In this document: positions 14,673 through 29,223 of the stretch, in pieces
How the letters are laid out: each line of letters opens with the position of its first letter
Numbering within the stretch: the first letter of the stretch is position 1
Assembly (NCBI GenBank): GCA_964016885.1
Contig: OZ024764.1
Location: 12,834,001 to 12,898,000 of the forward strand
Length of the DNA stretch: 64,000 nucleotides
Direction: 5' to 3'
From: Eledone cirrhosa
Taxonomy: Eukaryota
The notes under the pieces: model-generated
Told to the model about the DNA's origin: nothing
The model's input: the letters and a program-made list of their open reading frames with translations, nothing else
The model's database searches: none
Translations under genes and position numbers: made by a program

Positions 14673-14925
14673 CAGTGAAATGTGGGTGAGAGAGGCAACA
14701 ATGGCCCGTGTGAATGGACCTACCCTGAGCGTGGGCCTGTAGCATTGTAGGAGGAAAACTGGAAGAGGGCATTTGCCCTGGTGGTCAGGGTAACTGTGGC
14801 TTTTTTGTAGGCTTTCTCCACAAGTGACCCTCGGAAATCTCCCCATCCCCATTGGGATATTTTCATTGTTTCTTTTTTTGTCCCATCCTCTGTTTTTTGG
14901 GGTTTTTTACACTCAAATGTCCATT

Positions 14926-17385
14926 TGTACTGTCCTGTATTGTCCTGTACTGTCCTGTATTGTCCTGTACTGTCCTGTACTGTCCTGTACTGTCCTGTAT
15001 TGTCCTGTACTGTCCTGTATTGTCCAGTACTGTCCTGTACCGTCCAGTACCGTCCTGTACTGTCCTGTACTGTCCTGTATTGTCCTGTACTGTCCTGTAC
15101 TGTCCTGTATTGTCCTGTACTGTCCTGTACTGTCCTGTATTGTCTTGTATTGTCCTGTAATGTCCTGTAATGTCCTGTACTGTCCTGTATTGTCCAGTAC
15201 TGTCCTGTACTGTCCTGTATTGTCCTGTACTGTCCTGCCCTGTACTGTCCTGTACCGTCCTGTACCGTCCTGTACTGTCCTGTATTGTCCAGTACTGTCC
15301 TGTACTGTCCTGTATTGTCCTGTATTGTCCTGTACTGTCCTGTACTGTCCAGTACCGTCCTGTACTGTCCTGTACTGTCCAGTACCGTCCTGTACTGTCC
15401 TGTATTGTCCAGTACTGTACTGTACTGTCCTGTACTGTCCTGTATTGTCCAGTACTGTCCTGTACTGTCCTGTATTGTCCTGTACTGTCCTGTATTGTCC
15501 TGTACTGTCCTGTATTGTCCTGTACTGTCCTGTATTGTCCTGTACTGTCCTGTATTGTCCTGTACTGTCCTGTACTGTCCTGTATTGTCCTGTACTGTCC
15601 TGTACTGTCCTGTATTGTCCTGTATTGTCCTGTACTGTCCTGTACTGTCCTGTATTGTCCTGTACTGTCCTGTACTGTCCTGTACTGTCCTGTATTGTCC
15701 TGTACTGTCCTGTACTGTCCTGTATTGTCCTGTACTGTCCTGTACTGTCCTGTACTGTCCTGTAATGTCCTGTACTGTCCAGTACTGTCCTGTACTGTCC
15801 TGTACTGTCCTGTATTGTCCTGTAATGTCCTGTACTGTCCTGTATTGTCCAGTACTGTCTTGTATTGTCCTGTATTGTCCTGTATTGTCCTGTATTGTCC
15901 TGTACTGTCCTGTATTGTCCAGTACTGTCCTGTACTGGCCTGTATTGTCCTGTATTGTCCTGTATTGTCCTGTACTGTCCTGTACTGTCCTGTATTGCCC
16001 TGTACTGTCCTGTACTGTCCTGTATTGTCCTGTACTGTCCTGTATTGTCCAGTACTGTCCTGTACTGTCCTGTATTGTCCTGTACTGTCCTGTATTGCCC
16101 TGTATTGTCCTGTACTGTCCTGTACTGTCCTGTACCATCCTGTACTGTCCTGTATTGTCCAGTACTGTCCTGTACTGTCCTGTATTGTCCTGTACTGTCC
16201 TGTATTGTCCTGTACTGTCCTGCATTGTCCTGTACCGTCCTGTACTGTCCTGTATTGTCCTGTACTGTCCTGTATTGTCCTGTACTGTCCTGTATTGCCC
16301 TGTACTGTCCTGTATTGCCCTGTACTGTCCTGTATTGCCCTGTACTGTCCTGTATTGCCCTGTACTGTCCTGTACCGTCCTGTATTGTCCTGTACTATCC
16401 TGTACTGTCCTGTACTGTCCTGTACCGTCCTGTACTGTCCTGTACCGTCCTGTACTGTCCTGTACTGTCCTGTATTGTCCTGTACTGTCCTGTATTGTCC
16501 TGTACTGTCCTGTATTGTCCTGTACTGTACTGTATTGTCCTGTATTGTCCTGTATTGCCCTGTACTGTCCTGTATTGTCCTGTACTGTCCTGTATTGTCC
16601 TGTATTGCCCTGTATTGTCCTGTACTGTCCTGTATTGTCCTGTATTGCCCTGTATTGTCCTGTACTGCCCTGTATTGTCCTGTATTGTCCTGTACTGTCC
16701 TGTATTGTCCTGTACTGTCCTGTACTGTCCTGTCCTGTATTGTCCTGTACCGCCCTGTATTGTCCTGTACTGTCCTGTATTGTCCTGTATTGTCCTGTAT
16801 TGTCCTGTACTGTCCTGTATTGTCCTGTACCGTCCTGTACTGTCCTGTATTGTCCTGTACCGTCCTGCATTGTCCTGTACTGTCCTGTACTGTCCTGTAT
16901 TGTCCTGTACCGCCCTGTATTGTCCTGTACTGTCCTGTATTGCCCTGTATTGTCCTGTATTGTCCTGTACTGTCCTGTATTGTCCTGTACTGTCCTGTAC
17001 CGTTCTGTATTGTCCTGTACTGTCCTGTATTGTCCTGTACTGTCCTGTATTGCCCTGTAATGTCCTGTATTGTCCTGTACTGTCCTGTACTGTCCTGTAA
17101 TGTCCTGTATTGTCCTGTATTGTCCTGTATTGCCCTGTAATGTCCTGTACTGTCCTGTAATGTCCTGTATTGTCCTGTACTGTCCTGTATTGTCCTGTAC
17201 TGTCCTGTATTGTCCTGTACTGTCCTGTATTGCCCTGTAATGTCCTGTATTGTCCTGTATTGTCCTGTACTGTCCTGTATTGTCCTGTACTGTCCTGTAT
17301 TGTCCTGTACTGTCCTGTACCGTCCTGTATTGTCCTGTACCATCCTGTATTGTCCTGCACTGTCCTGTACCATCCTGTACCGTCC
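14926..17385. repeat. 10-bp satellite TGTCCTGTA(C/T), roughly 245 copies
   Basis: Directly visible tandem array. Confidence 0.99.
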
Positions 17386-17387
17386 TG

Positions 17388-19020
17388 GGTCGGTAGAGGG
17401 TCGGATGCCATGCTTTGACGCAAAGAGTTATGGCCCTTGCCATTCTGAGTTCAAATCCCGCCGAGGTTAACTTTGCCATTCATCCTTACAGGGTCGATAA
17501 AATAAAGTACCAGTAATACACTGGAGGTGATTTAATAGACTTTCCCCTCCCCCAAAATTGCTGGCCTGGTGCCTATACTATAAATCATTATTATTATTAT
17601 TAGAGGCTTAGCAGTATTGGGAGAGGGTCGGACACCATGCTATGCAGCATAGAGTTGTGACCCTTTACGTTCTGAGTTCAAATCCCGCCGAGGTTGACTT
17701 TGCCTTTCATCCTTCCGGGGTCGATAAAATAAAGTACCAGTAATGCACTGGGTAATTGCTGGCCTTGTGCCTAAAGTAGAAACAATTATTATTATTATTA
17801 TAGGCTTGGCAGTATCGGTCGAGTGTCCGACAACATGCTTGGCAGCATAGAGTTGTGACCCTTTACGTTCTGAGTTCAAATCCTGCCGCGGTTAAATTGC
17901 TGGCCTTGAGCCTACACTTGAAATAATAATTATTATTATTACTTAGCCGGGAAGGGCAGGCAGTTTTTATCTGTCTGGTGGCCACGTTTGAAAGGGCTGA
18001 AGACGAGCACTTACCTCTTCGGTGATGCCCTGATTAAGTTTTTCAAATTTCATTTGAAAAGGAAAATCAGGGTAGAGAGGGAAGTGCTCTCTTCCCAGCA
18101 TTTTGTTGAAAGATGGGTGAGAGAGGCAAGAATGGCCCGAGTGAGTGGGCCTACTCTGAGTATGCGTCTGTAAATTAAAGGTGGAAAACTGGGAGAGGGC
18201 ACTTGCCCTGGTGGTCAGGGTCACTGCTGCCGGGGAGTTCTCTCTTCCCAGCATTTTGTTGAAAGATGGGTGAGAGAAGCAAGAAGGGCCCGAGTGAATG
18301 GGCCTACTCTGAGTATGTATCTGTAAATTAAAGGTGGAAAACTGGGAGAGGGCACTTGCCCTGGTGCTCAGGGTCACTGTGGCCTTTTAATGGGCCTTCT
18401 CCACAAATGTCCCTCGGAATCTCCCCCCTATTGGGGAATTTTTCATTGTTATTTTTTGTTACATCCTCTGTTTTTGTTTTTTTTACACGCAGAAATGCCC
18501 ATTTGTACCGTCCTGTATTGTCCTGTACTGTCCTTAATGTCTACTTTATGTAAACCCTAAAGAAAGCATTATTACTATTATTATTATTATTGCCATTCTG
18601 AGTTCAAATCTCGCCGAGGTTAACTTTGCCTTTCATCCTTACGGGGTCGATAAAATAAAGTACCAGTAATACAGTGGGGTCGATTTAATAGACTTTCCCC
18701 TCCCCCAAAATTGCTGGCCTTGTGCCTATACTATAAATCATTATTATTATTATTAGAGGCTTGGCAGTATCGGGAGAGGGTCGGACACCATGCTATGCAG
18801 CATAGAGTTGTGACCCTTTACGTTCTGAGTTCAAATCCCGCCGACGTTAACTTTGCCTTTCATCCTTGCGGGGTCGATAAAATAAAGTACCAGTAATACA
18901 CTGGGGTGATTGCTGGCCTTGTGCCAAAAGTAGAAACAGTTATGAGATAAAATAAAGTACCAGTAATACACTGGGATAATTGCTGGCCTTGTGCCAAAAG
19001 TAGAAATTATTATTATTATT
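17388..19020 (+). mobile_element. Cluster of about 5 SINE family 1 copies surrounding a LINE fragment
   Basis: Same SINE head, body and tail. Further copies lie at 27850-28050, 36240-36530, 38340-38515 (all -) and 46085-46165 (+). Confidence 0.85.
17945..18570 (+). mobile_element. 3' end of an L1/Tx1-like LINE (ORF2 C-terminus plus 3'UTR) with an internal duplication; related piece at 14680-14930
   Basis: LKGLKTSTYLFGDALIKFFKFHLKRKIRVEREVLSSQHFVERW...*. Clade assignment rests on my recollection of the C-terminal 'F..RW' pattern. Confidence 0.6.
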
Positions 19021-19057
19021 GTTGTTGTTGTTGTCATTGTGTTATCTGCTTATCAAC

Positions 19058-19090
<33 letters not shown>

Positions 19091-19439
19091 ACTGCTATAG
19101 ACCAAAGACATTTACGGTTTATATTAACTTGTGCAGATATTTCAACAAAACGCACGTGCAAATGTGCATCAGTGCACCGACAGTGAAAAGACACCAACAG
19201 ATGCATCTGTCACTTTGCATGAGGACATTGTTTGTTTAGACAATACCTGCAAGCCTCTTTAACTCCCTACCTCCGCTACACCGACCTCCACCATCCATAC
19301 CACTCTCTCTCTCTCTCTCTCTCTCCCAGTCACAGGGCCGCCATACACCCAGTCATTAACTTTGCTATACATACATTATATTATATACATGTGTGTATAT
19401 GTGTCTATGTGTGTATGTGTGTGTATGTGTGCGTGCGTT

Positions 19440-19491
<52 letters not shown>

Positions 19492-19689
19492 TGTGTGGTT
19501 GCGTGTATGTGTGTATATATATGTGTGCGTGTGTATGTGTGTATATATATGTGTGCGTGTGTATGTGTGTATATATATGTGTGTATATATATGTGTGCGT
19601 GTGTGTGTGTGTATATATGTGTGTGTGTGTGTGTATTAGAGATGGCTGGATGGATACATTTAAAACATGTCTGAATATATATATATATG

Positions 19690-19740
<51 letters not shown>

Positions 19741-19749
19741 GTATATGTA

Positions 19750-19861
<112 letters not shown>

Positions 19862-19933
19862 AATATATATGTATATATGTATATATATATGTATATATAT
19901 ATATATGTATATATATATATGTATATATATATG

Positions 19934-20098
<165 letters not shown>

Positions 20099-20306
20099 GT
20101 ATATGTATATATATATATATTTACTTATACATACATGAAATGGATTATTCACATACACATATATACTCACACAAATCTATGTGCATGTGTATATGTGTGT
20201 ATGTATGTATGTATGTGTGTATGTGTGTATGTATGTGTGTGTATATGTGTGTGTATGTATGTACATATATACATATGCATGTATGTATATATATGTATGT
20301 GTGTGT

Positions 20307-20353
<47 letters not shown>

Positions 20354-20711
20354 CATACATATATATATATTTGTGTATACAAAATCTTTTAAAAGAATAA
20401 GATTAGTGCAAGGGATTGACTGTATAACTTAAGCATCATACACTATATATATATATATACATATATTTATATATATATATACACACACACATATATATAT
20501 ATATACATATATTTATATATATTTATATATATATATATACACACACATATTATATAATATATAAACATATGTATATAATATATAAACATATATATATAAT
20601 ATATAAACATATATATATAATATATAAACATATATATATAATATATAAACATATATATATACTATATATATATATACACACATATATTATATAATATATA
20701 AACATATGTAT

Positions 20712-20779
<68 letters not shown>

Positions 20780-20805
20780 CTGTATGTATGTTCAAATTAC
20801 ATAAT

Positions 20806-20844
<39 letters not shown>

Positions 20845-21009
20845 TATATACACACATATATATATGTGTATACATCAGCAAACAACACAAAGCATCACAG
20901 ATATTGACTTTATTTCTCAACCAAAATGTATAAAACAAATCTTGGAACCCAATTAAAACGAATACTGGACCAATCCTTCCATTATACACACTGACATGTG
21001 TGTATAAAC

Positions 21010-21052
<43 letters not shown>

Positions 21053-21116
21053 TTTGACTATACATATTTGTATGTATGCATGTCTGTCTGTCTGTCTGTC
21101 TATCTATCAAACTGAT

Positions 21117-21835
21117 AGCAAGTTTTATGAAAGGGGGGTGAAAGTGGCGAGAATGGCCCGAGTGAATGGGCCTTCTCTCTATATCAGCCTGTAGGTTGAG
21201 GAAAAAGAAGAGAAGAGGAGAGGAAAAGAGTACAAACTCTTCGTACTCCTGGAGATGAGGGTTGCACATTTTTTTTCGGGGGTATGTGTTACCCATATAA
21301 ACTGTCTCCCTCTATTGGGGAAAATCGACTAACTTTTTAAATTCCATTTGTGATAACATTTTACACGTTTTTATTGTATGTAAACTTCCCCCTTTGTATT
21401 TGTCCCCTTCTTTTGTGCCCCTGTGGCTAATAAAGAAATATATCTATCTATCAAACCGATTCTTTTTTTCAAATACCACCTTGGAAGAAGAATCAGGATG
21501 GAGAGAGAGGTGCTGTACCCCAGCAAGTTTTATGAAAGGTGGGTGAAAGTGGCGAGAATGGCCCGAGTGAATGGGCCTTCTCTCTATATCAGCCTGTAGG
21601 TTGAGGAAAAAGAGGAGGAGAGGAAAGGAGTACAAACTCTTCCTACTCCTGGAGATGAGGGTTGCACATTTTTTCGGGGGTATGTGTTACCCATATGAAC
21701 TGTCTCCCTCTATTGGGGAAAATCGACTAATTTTTAAATTGCATTTGTGATATTTTACACGTTTTTATTGTATATAAAATTCCCCCTTTGTATTTGTCCC
21801 CTTCTTTTGTGCCCCTGTGGCTAATAAAGAAACAT
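21117..21835 (+). mobile_element. Two tandem 5'-truncated copies of a related L1/Tx1-like LINE 3' end
   Basis: FFKYHLGRRIRMEREVLYPSKFYERWVKVARMARVNGPSLYISL*, then a 3'UTR ending AATAAA and (TA/TCTA)n. Confidence 0.65.
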
Positions 21836-21839
21836 ATCT

Positions 21840-21879
<40 letters not shown>

Positions 21880-21880
<1 letters not shown>

Positions 21881-22480
21881 TCATCATCATCATCATCAAT
21901 TTACATCCGCTTTTCTCTGCTTGCAAGGGTGGGACAGGTCCTATTAAGCACAGCATCTCTCCACTTGTCACGGTCCTTCGTCATTTCCTCTGTGAGCTTC
22001 AGTGATCTGAGGTCAGCTCTCACCCCCCTCCGCCCATCTTTTTCCTGGTCTTCCTCTATTGCATCTTCCCCCTACTGGGACAGGTCCTTTTCAGCACAGC
22101 ATCTCTCCTTTCGTCAAGGTCCTTTGTCATCTCTGTGAGCTTCAGCGATCTGAGGTCAGCTCTCACCCCCTCCGCCCATCTTTTCCGTGGTCTTCCCCCT
22201 ACTGGGACAGGTCCTCTTCAGCACAGCATCTCTCCTTTCATCAAGGTCCTTTGTCATCTCCTCTGTGAGCTTCAGCGATCTGAGGTCAGCTCTCACCCCC
22301 TCCGCCCATCTTTTCCGTGGTCTTCCCCCTACTGGGACAGGTCCTCTTCAGCACAGCATCTCTCCTTTCATCAAGGTCCTTTGTCATCTCCTCTGTGAGC
22401 TTCAGCGATCTGAAGTCAGCTCTCATCACCTCCGCCCATCTTTTTCCTGGCCTTCCTCTACTGCGTCTTCCTTCCACCAT
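21880..22480 (-). mobile_element. RTE LINE 3' end with a 130-bp segment repeated about 4 times
   Basis: GRRSRGRPGKRWAEVMRADFRSLKLTEEMTKD; (GAT)n tail. Confidence 0.85.
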
Positions 22481-23047
22481 ATATATCATCATCATCATCA
22501 CCGTTTTACGTCCGTTCTTCCACGCTAGCATGGGTTAGACGGGTTGTCCTGTTGTGGGCAGTGTCTGATCGGCTGACCATGCCTTGCTCATACAGGAACT
22601 GATCTGGCTTGATTTCTACAGCTGGATGCCCTTCCAAACACCAACCTCATTTACAGTGAGTGCTGGGTGCTTTTTCGTGGCGCCTACACGTCCACTTTAC
22701 AGTGTGGGCTGGCTGCTTTTTTGCCGTGGCACCTCCACGACCACCTTGCGGTGGGGGGTGTGGGGGCATATTGTCTATATGCTTCAGCATGTACCCATGG
22801 GAGGTCGGGTACCCTGTATTACTGCGTGACGCCAGAAGTCACGGTCGTCTGTCATATATATAGTATAAATCGAAGCTGTAGCCACAGTAGAGCAGATACC
22901 AATGGAACTGTTTGAGGCAATCACAAAGAACTCGATGGTGCGAAAAGCTAATACATTTTTCATCGAGAGTAAACACAAATTTAAGAAAGTTAGGAAAGTT
23001 TGAAACCATGAATCAAGCGATCAACTGTATGTGGCCATAGTGTATAG

Positions 23048-23343
23048 CAGCCATGGGGAACCTGAGGCCCGCAAAGCTTTCTGGATGGCTCGCCTAAGTC
23101 ACCCAAGTGAAATCTTTCTGATTTTTTTAACCCAACTTTTCAGTCGTAATTTATCTTTCTATCATTATTACAATCGAGGAAAACATGTAAATGTGTACGA
23201 ACTCTGAAGAAACAAATCAAAACAACCTGAGTTACCGCCCTTTCTTTTAATGTGGCCACGAATGTAAATTAGCGCTTGCGGTCCACCTGATGATGGGCCA
23301 TATCTCATGCATCCTGCTTCTCGAAAAAGGTTGCCCACGCCTG
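23048..23343. mobile_element. hAT/Charlie-like MITE
   Basis: Imperfect TIRs CAGCCATGGGGAACCT / AGGTTGCCCACGCCTG; flanks GTGTATAG and GTCTAAAG resemble an 8-bp target duplication. Confidence 0.6.
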
Positions 23344-23403
23344 GTCTAAAGTCACAACAACCATAGGCGACTAATCTAGATGATCTCGAATAGATAGGTT
23401 TAA

Positions 23404-23968
23404 CCCTTAGCCAGAATTCTCTCACCTCTTTCTGTTCAATCCGGCCATAACTAGCCACTCATACTGATGTTTAGGTATTGTTCTCAAAATAAATAGTATC
23501 AAAATTTCATAGATTTGATGTTATGTGAGATAATTATGTCAGGTAAAGCTTTTACTATGAAAATACAGTGGTAAATATAGAGTAATGTAAATGTTAATAT
23601 GTATAGTGTGTGTATATATATATATACATACATATATGTGTGTATGTGTGTACATATTATATATATGTATGTATATATATATATATATATATATGCATAT
23701 ATAGATATATTTATATATATATATATAGATATATATATATAGATATATATATATAGATATATATATATATACGCCTATATACATATATTTATATATATAT
23801 ATACACACACATATATACATACATACATATATATATATACACACACATATATACACGCACACACTCATATATATACATATATACGTATATACACACACAT
23901 ATATACATACATACATATATATATATATAGACACACACGCATAGATACATACATATATATATATACAT

Positions 23969-24005
<37 letters not shown>

Positions 24006-24474
24006 GTATGTGTGTATCAAAAGATACAGGATGAGAGAGAGAGGGTGGAGGTGAGACAGGGGGGACCAAGAGGTCAAAACCCCAATCATATATTTCAAAA
24101 CTGATAGGACAAAACTGAATTTAATTCCACATTAAAATGTTAATTCACCATAAATATTCTCCAGTAATTAGCTTCCTTAACGACTTTCACTAATTTCATG
24201 TAAATAACACGCTTATATTCTATGCCAGCCGTTATGGCTGTCTGGCTAAACAGTTTAGTTCGCAACTGTGTGGTTCTGCGTTGAATCCAACTGTGCAGTG
24301 GAACCTTAAGCAAGTGTGGTCCCTAAAATCTGGACGCAGAACTAATATCAGTATTTTTAACTGATAAGTTACAAAAAGCTGGTATGATGTGAGAGAGATA
24401 TACCAGGGCAAAGGTTGAAAGATAAGGCAATAAAAATACAATAGTAAATATAGAGTAATGTAAATGCTAAAGGG
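23404..24474 (-). mobile_element. piggyBac-like MITE, copy 2, interrupted by microsatellite and other sequence
   Basis: TTAACCCTTAG start and CTAAAGGGTTAA end; body homologous to 1013-1451. Confidence 0.6.
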
Positions 24475-24484
24475 TTAATACCAC

Positions 24485-25000
24485 AAATTTTCACACTCTG
24501 TCCACTAGTAAATATACTATAAACATTTGAATTAACCAACCAAGGCATTTTTGAAAAGTACAAAACAACACAATGACTACACCACATTAAATATTAAAGT
24601 CTTTACTGTAATACTGTAAATTTTCACAACAATCTGTCTACTAGTAAAGATACTATAAACATTTAGTACAAAACAACACTATGACTACACCACATTAAAT
24701 ATTAAAGTCTTTACTGTAATACTGTAAATTTTCACAACAATCTGTCCACTAGTAAAGATACTATAAACATTTAGTACAAAACAACACTATGACTACATCA
24801 CATTAAATATTAAAGTCTTTACTGTAATACTGTAAATTTTCACAACAATCTGTCCACTAGTAAAGATACTATAAACATTTAGTACAAAACAACACTATGA
24901 CTACATCACATTAAATATTAAAGTCTTTACTGTAATACTGTAAATTTTCACAACAATCTGCCCACTAGTAAAGATAATATAAACATTTGGATTAACAAAC
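24485..25000. repeat. Tandem repeat, ~108-bp unit, about 4.5 copies
   Basis: aaattttcacaacaatctgtccactagtaaagatactataaac... repeated. Confidence 0.9.
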
Positions 25001-25110
25001 AGCTTTTTGGGGGGGGAGGAGGGGTCAAATTTTTTTTTTTTTTTTAAGAAGGAATTTTCTTCCAAATAATTACAATTAATGATTAATATGTGATATATTT
25101 GGTGAATTAC

Positions 25111-25226
25111 CTTACACGAGTCCTTGGATTCTATATCATAATACCCTGGCCCCGGAGCAGAAAAAAACATATCATCTTTAAGGGAGCTTTTCCGAGCTGT
25201 CAATGACAGAAACGGTGCATAGCTTT
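25111..25226 (-). CDS. STPG2: STPG2-like protein, second coding exon (E-SYAPFLSLTARKSSLKDDMFFSAPGPGYYDIESKDSCK)
   Basis: Contains the APFLSLTAR motif and a PGPGxY (SHIPPO/PG-rich) repeat. Acceptor gtctttccag, donor AAG|gtaatt. Its phase-1 start joins the 37234 exon in frame. Confidence 0.9.
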
Positions 25227-25349
25227 CTGGAAAGACAAACACGAGAAATATATAAATAAATAATAAATAAAATAGAAATAGAACAACAGGAATCAGAATT
25301 AGTATCTTTTAATGAACGACAATAATAGACTATATATATTTGTGTGTAT

Positions 25350-26352
25350 CATCATCATCACCGTGTTACGTCAGTTCTTCCAAGCTAGCATGGGTTAGAC
25401 GGGTTGTCCTGTTGTGGGCAGTGTCTGGTCGGCTGACCTTGTCTTGTTCATACGGGAACTGATTCTGGCTAGATTTCTACAGCTGGATGCCCTTCCTAAC
25501 ACCAACCTCATTTACAGTGAGTGCTGGGTGCTTTTTTTTCCGTGGCACCTCCACGACCACTTTACAGTGAGTGCTGGGTGTTTTTTTTTCCGTGGCGCCT
25601 CCACGACCACTTTACAGTGAGTGCTGGGTTCTTTTTATCTGTGGCGCCTACACGTCCACTTTACAGTGAGTGCTGGGTGCTTTTTTTTCCGTGGCGCCTC
25701 CACGACCACTTTACAGTGAGTGCTGGGTTCTTTTTATCTGTGGCGCCTACACGTCCACTTTACAGTGAGTGCTGGGTGCTTTTTTTCCGTGGCACCTCCA
25801 CGACCACTTTGCAGTGGAATGATAGGGACCCCAGTCCCTATCATCTCATTTCTACAGCTGAGTAAACTGGAACAATGTGAAATAAAGTGTCTTGCTCAAG
25901 GAAACAACACATCACCCGGTCTGAGAATTGAACTCACAACCTTTCGATTGCAAGGCCAATGCTCTAACCACTAAGCCATGTGTATTTAAATGTTTGTGTA
26001 ACCTCCTCTCATCCATTTTATATCTTCCTATCATATTTCCAACACATTTCTAGTCACTGATTTGCAAGCCCAATGCTCTAACCACTAAGCCATGTGCCTT
26101 CACTACAGCTGAGTAAACTGGAGCAATGTGAAATAAAGTGTCTTGCTCAAGGAAACAACACATCACCTGGCCGAGAATTGAACTCACAACCTTTCGATTG
26201 CAAGGCCAATGCTCTAACCACTAAGCCATGCGCCTTCCTCACTGTAAATGAGGTTGGGGTTAGGAAGGGCATCCAGCTGTAGAAATCAAGCCAGAATCAG
26301 TTCCCGTCCCACCCTTGCAAGCAGGGGGAAAAGCGGACGTAAAATGAAATGA

Positions 26353-26355
<3 letters not shown>
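25350..26355. mobile_element. CORE-type SINE family 2 copies (mainly -) with an internal 41-43 bp tandem and an RTE-like tail
   Basis: tRNA-like head (tggcttagtggttagagc...gagttcaattc), CORE-like ccttgagcaagacacttt, tail ggaagggcatccagc...(GAT)n. Confidence 0.85.
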
Positions 26356-26410
<55 letters not shown>

Positions 26411-26682
26411 GAGAGGTATAGAGATTGTTTTAGCAAGAAGCTAACGGCATTCTATAACATATATGCGACTATAACGTCAAGATGGGAAAAGTAGTTAACG
26501 AAAGATTTAGGAAAAATAACTCAAACTCATCTCAAAAGAGAATCAGGATATAAATTCATCCACAGAATTTAGTAAAATCCAGGGAAAAATCTATAGACCT
26601 TTAACTCATGATAAAATAAAGTTTGAAACACTTATCCTTCAATTTGGAATAACATCAAATGCTCTGTATAGTCTTAAAAGAC

Positions 26683-26717
<35 letters not shown>

Positions 26718-27344
26718 ATGTCTGAGTTTGTGTATGTGTGTGTGTATGTCTGAGTTTGTGTGTGTGTGTGTGTATGTCTGAGTTTGTGTGTGTGTGTGTG
26801 TATGTCTGAGTTTGTGTATGTGTGTGTAAATAAATACAGCGTTGGAATAATCATTGGAGTATATATTAAAATAAATATTTGGTCTTGTTGAAAGTCTTAG
26901 AGAAAAGTGTCCTGTGATTTATTTAAACAAGCCATGACGGTGGGAACGAGCGGCAATGGGGGATAGGGTGTGGTTGTGGTGGGGTGGGGTGGGGTTTCTT
27001 GAAAATGACATATTTACATAAATAACACTTAAGAAATATACGTAGATACCATATATGTGTTTATATGTATGAATGGGTTTGTATATATACATATGTATAC
27101 ATGTATATATATTCATATGTACATATAAATATATATATATACACAAATATATGTATATATATATATATATATATAATATGAATATATACATAATATATAC
27201 ACACACATATATATATATATATGAATATACAGTCATATATTTGAATATATATATAACATATACACATATCTATATATACATATATCTATATATACATATA
27301 TCTATATATACATATATATATATGTACATATATATATATATATT

Positions 27345-27377
<33 letters not shown>

Positions 27378-27378
27378 T

Positions 27379-27411
<33 letters not shown>

Positions 27412-27478
27412 TTATATATATATATATATATATATACATATATATATTTATATATATATATATATACATATATATATT

Positions 27479-27529
<51 letters not shown>

Positions 27530-28054
27530 ACATATATATATATACATATGTATACATATATATACATATATGTACATATATATATACATATATACACATA
27601 TATATATATATATATATACATAAGTACTGAAAGAATTTGGTGTGTTTATGTCAATCGTCCACCACCACCACCACTACCACTACAACCACTACAACCACTA
27701 CCACCACCTCCATGTGAAATAACATGTAGGAGCATTTAAAATATTTATCAACCCCTCCTCCCAGACAATATCTATTGTATTTCAATGTAAGGAATGTGTC
27801 ACTCCCTACCACTTCCAATATGTGTGTGTGTGTACTGCTATAATATTATAATAATTGTTTCTACTTTAGGCACAAGGCCAGCAATTACCCCAGTGCATTA
27901 CTGGTACTTTATTTTATCGACCCCGTAAGGATGAAAGGCAAAGTCAACCTCGGCGGGATTTGAACTAACTCAGATCGTAAAGGGACGTAACTCTATGCTG
28001 GGAAGCATGGCGTCCGACCCTCTACCGAGACTGCCAATCCACCGTATTATAATA

Positions 28055-28368
28055 ATAATGAAAATTATTGTGTACAGTGCTCAGGTGCACTACAACTCAT
28101 CAAAGGTGCATGTATAATACATAGAATAATACACAAATGTCAGGAAAATGAACAGTGTATGAGTCATGATATAATGAAAATTATTGTGTACAGTGCTCAG
28201 GTGCACTACAATTCATCAAAGGTGCATGTATAGTACATAGAACAATGTAGAAATGTCAGGAAAGGGAACAGTGTATGAGTCATGATATAATGAAAATTAT
28301 TGTGTACAGTGCTCAGGTGCACTACAACTCATCAAAGGTGCATGTATAGTACATAGAACAATGTACGC
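28055..28368. repeat. ~118-bp unit in about 2.7 copies; dispersed copy at 1500-1600
   Basis: aatgaaaattattgtgtacagtgctcaggtgcactacaactcatc repeated. Confidence 0.85.
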
Positions 28369-28507
28369 TGCGTTATGTCCTTGAGCAAGACACTTTATTT
28401 CACGTTGCTCCTTCTACCTGGAGTTGCAACCGATAGATAGTATTAGCAATTGGAAAGACCGATGGAAACATTGTTTCCTCGGTCCGATTTGATGAAAGTC
28501 GATCGAC

Positions 28508-28542
<35 letters not shown>

Positions 28543-28909
28543 CCCACTCTACTTCTCTAAGCATTGAGTACTCTGGTGGGTTATTGTCCATCTGGTATCT
28601 TACCACACCCTCTTTGTTCTATATATATATATATACATATATATTAGAGTGTGTGTGTGTGTGTAAAGAGCAGAGGAACTCGTGTAAGTCAACGGCCATT
28701 CAATAGGGTGTATGGTATGGTCCCGTAACTCCTGATAGAGTTGTAGGGGCGCCATATTGACACACAGCATTTCTTGGGCATTTTAAGCGAGGTAGAGCCC
28801 ATCTCCTCTCCAGGCCTGAGTACAGCAGATTTCTTCCAGAGAAGGATAGAGAGAGAGAGAGAGGAACTGAGAAAGAGATATAGAGGAAGAATCAACGCCT
28901 GTCCTAGAC

Positions 28910-29183
28910 TGATCATCATCAGCATCATCATTCATTGTCCGCTTTTCCCTGCTTGCAAGGGTGGGACGGGTCCTATTCAGCACAGCATCTCTCCACTCGT
29001 CACGGTCCTTCGTCATCTCCTCCGTGAGCTTCAGCGATCTGATGTCAGCTCTCACCACCTCCGTCCATGTTTTTCGTGGTCTTCCTCTACTGTGTCTTCC
29101 TTCTACTGGGATTTCTTGGCACTTCTTTACCCAGCGGTCATCCTCCATGTACATCACATGTCCATACCACCTCAGTCTTCTCT

Positions 29184-29223
<40 letters not shown>

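Noticed and set aside
14720-17479. QDSTGQYRTV / VLYCPVLSCT repeat proteins
   Set aside because: These are translations of a 10-bp satellite open on both strands, with termini in SINE/LINE sequence.
26410-26682. Possible retroelement ORF fragment between (TA)n tracts
   Set aside because: Stops and no motif I can assign with confidence.
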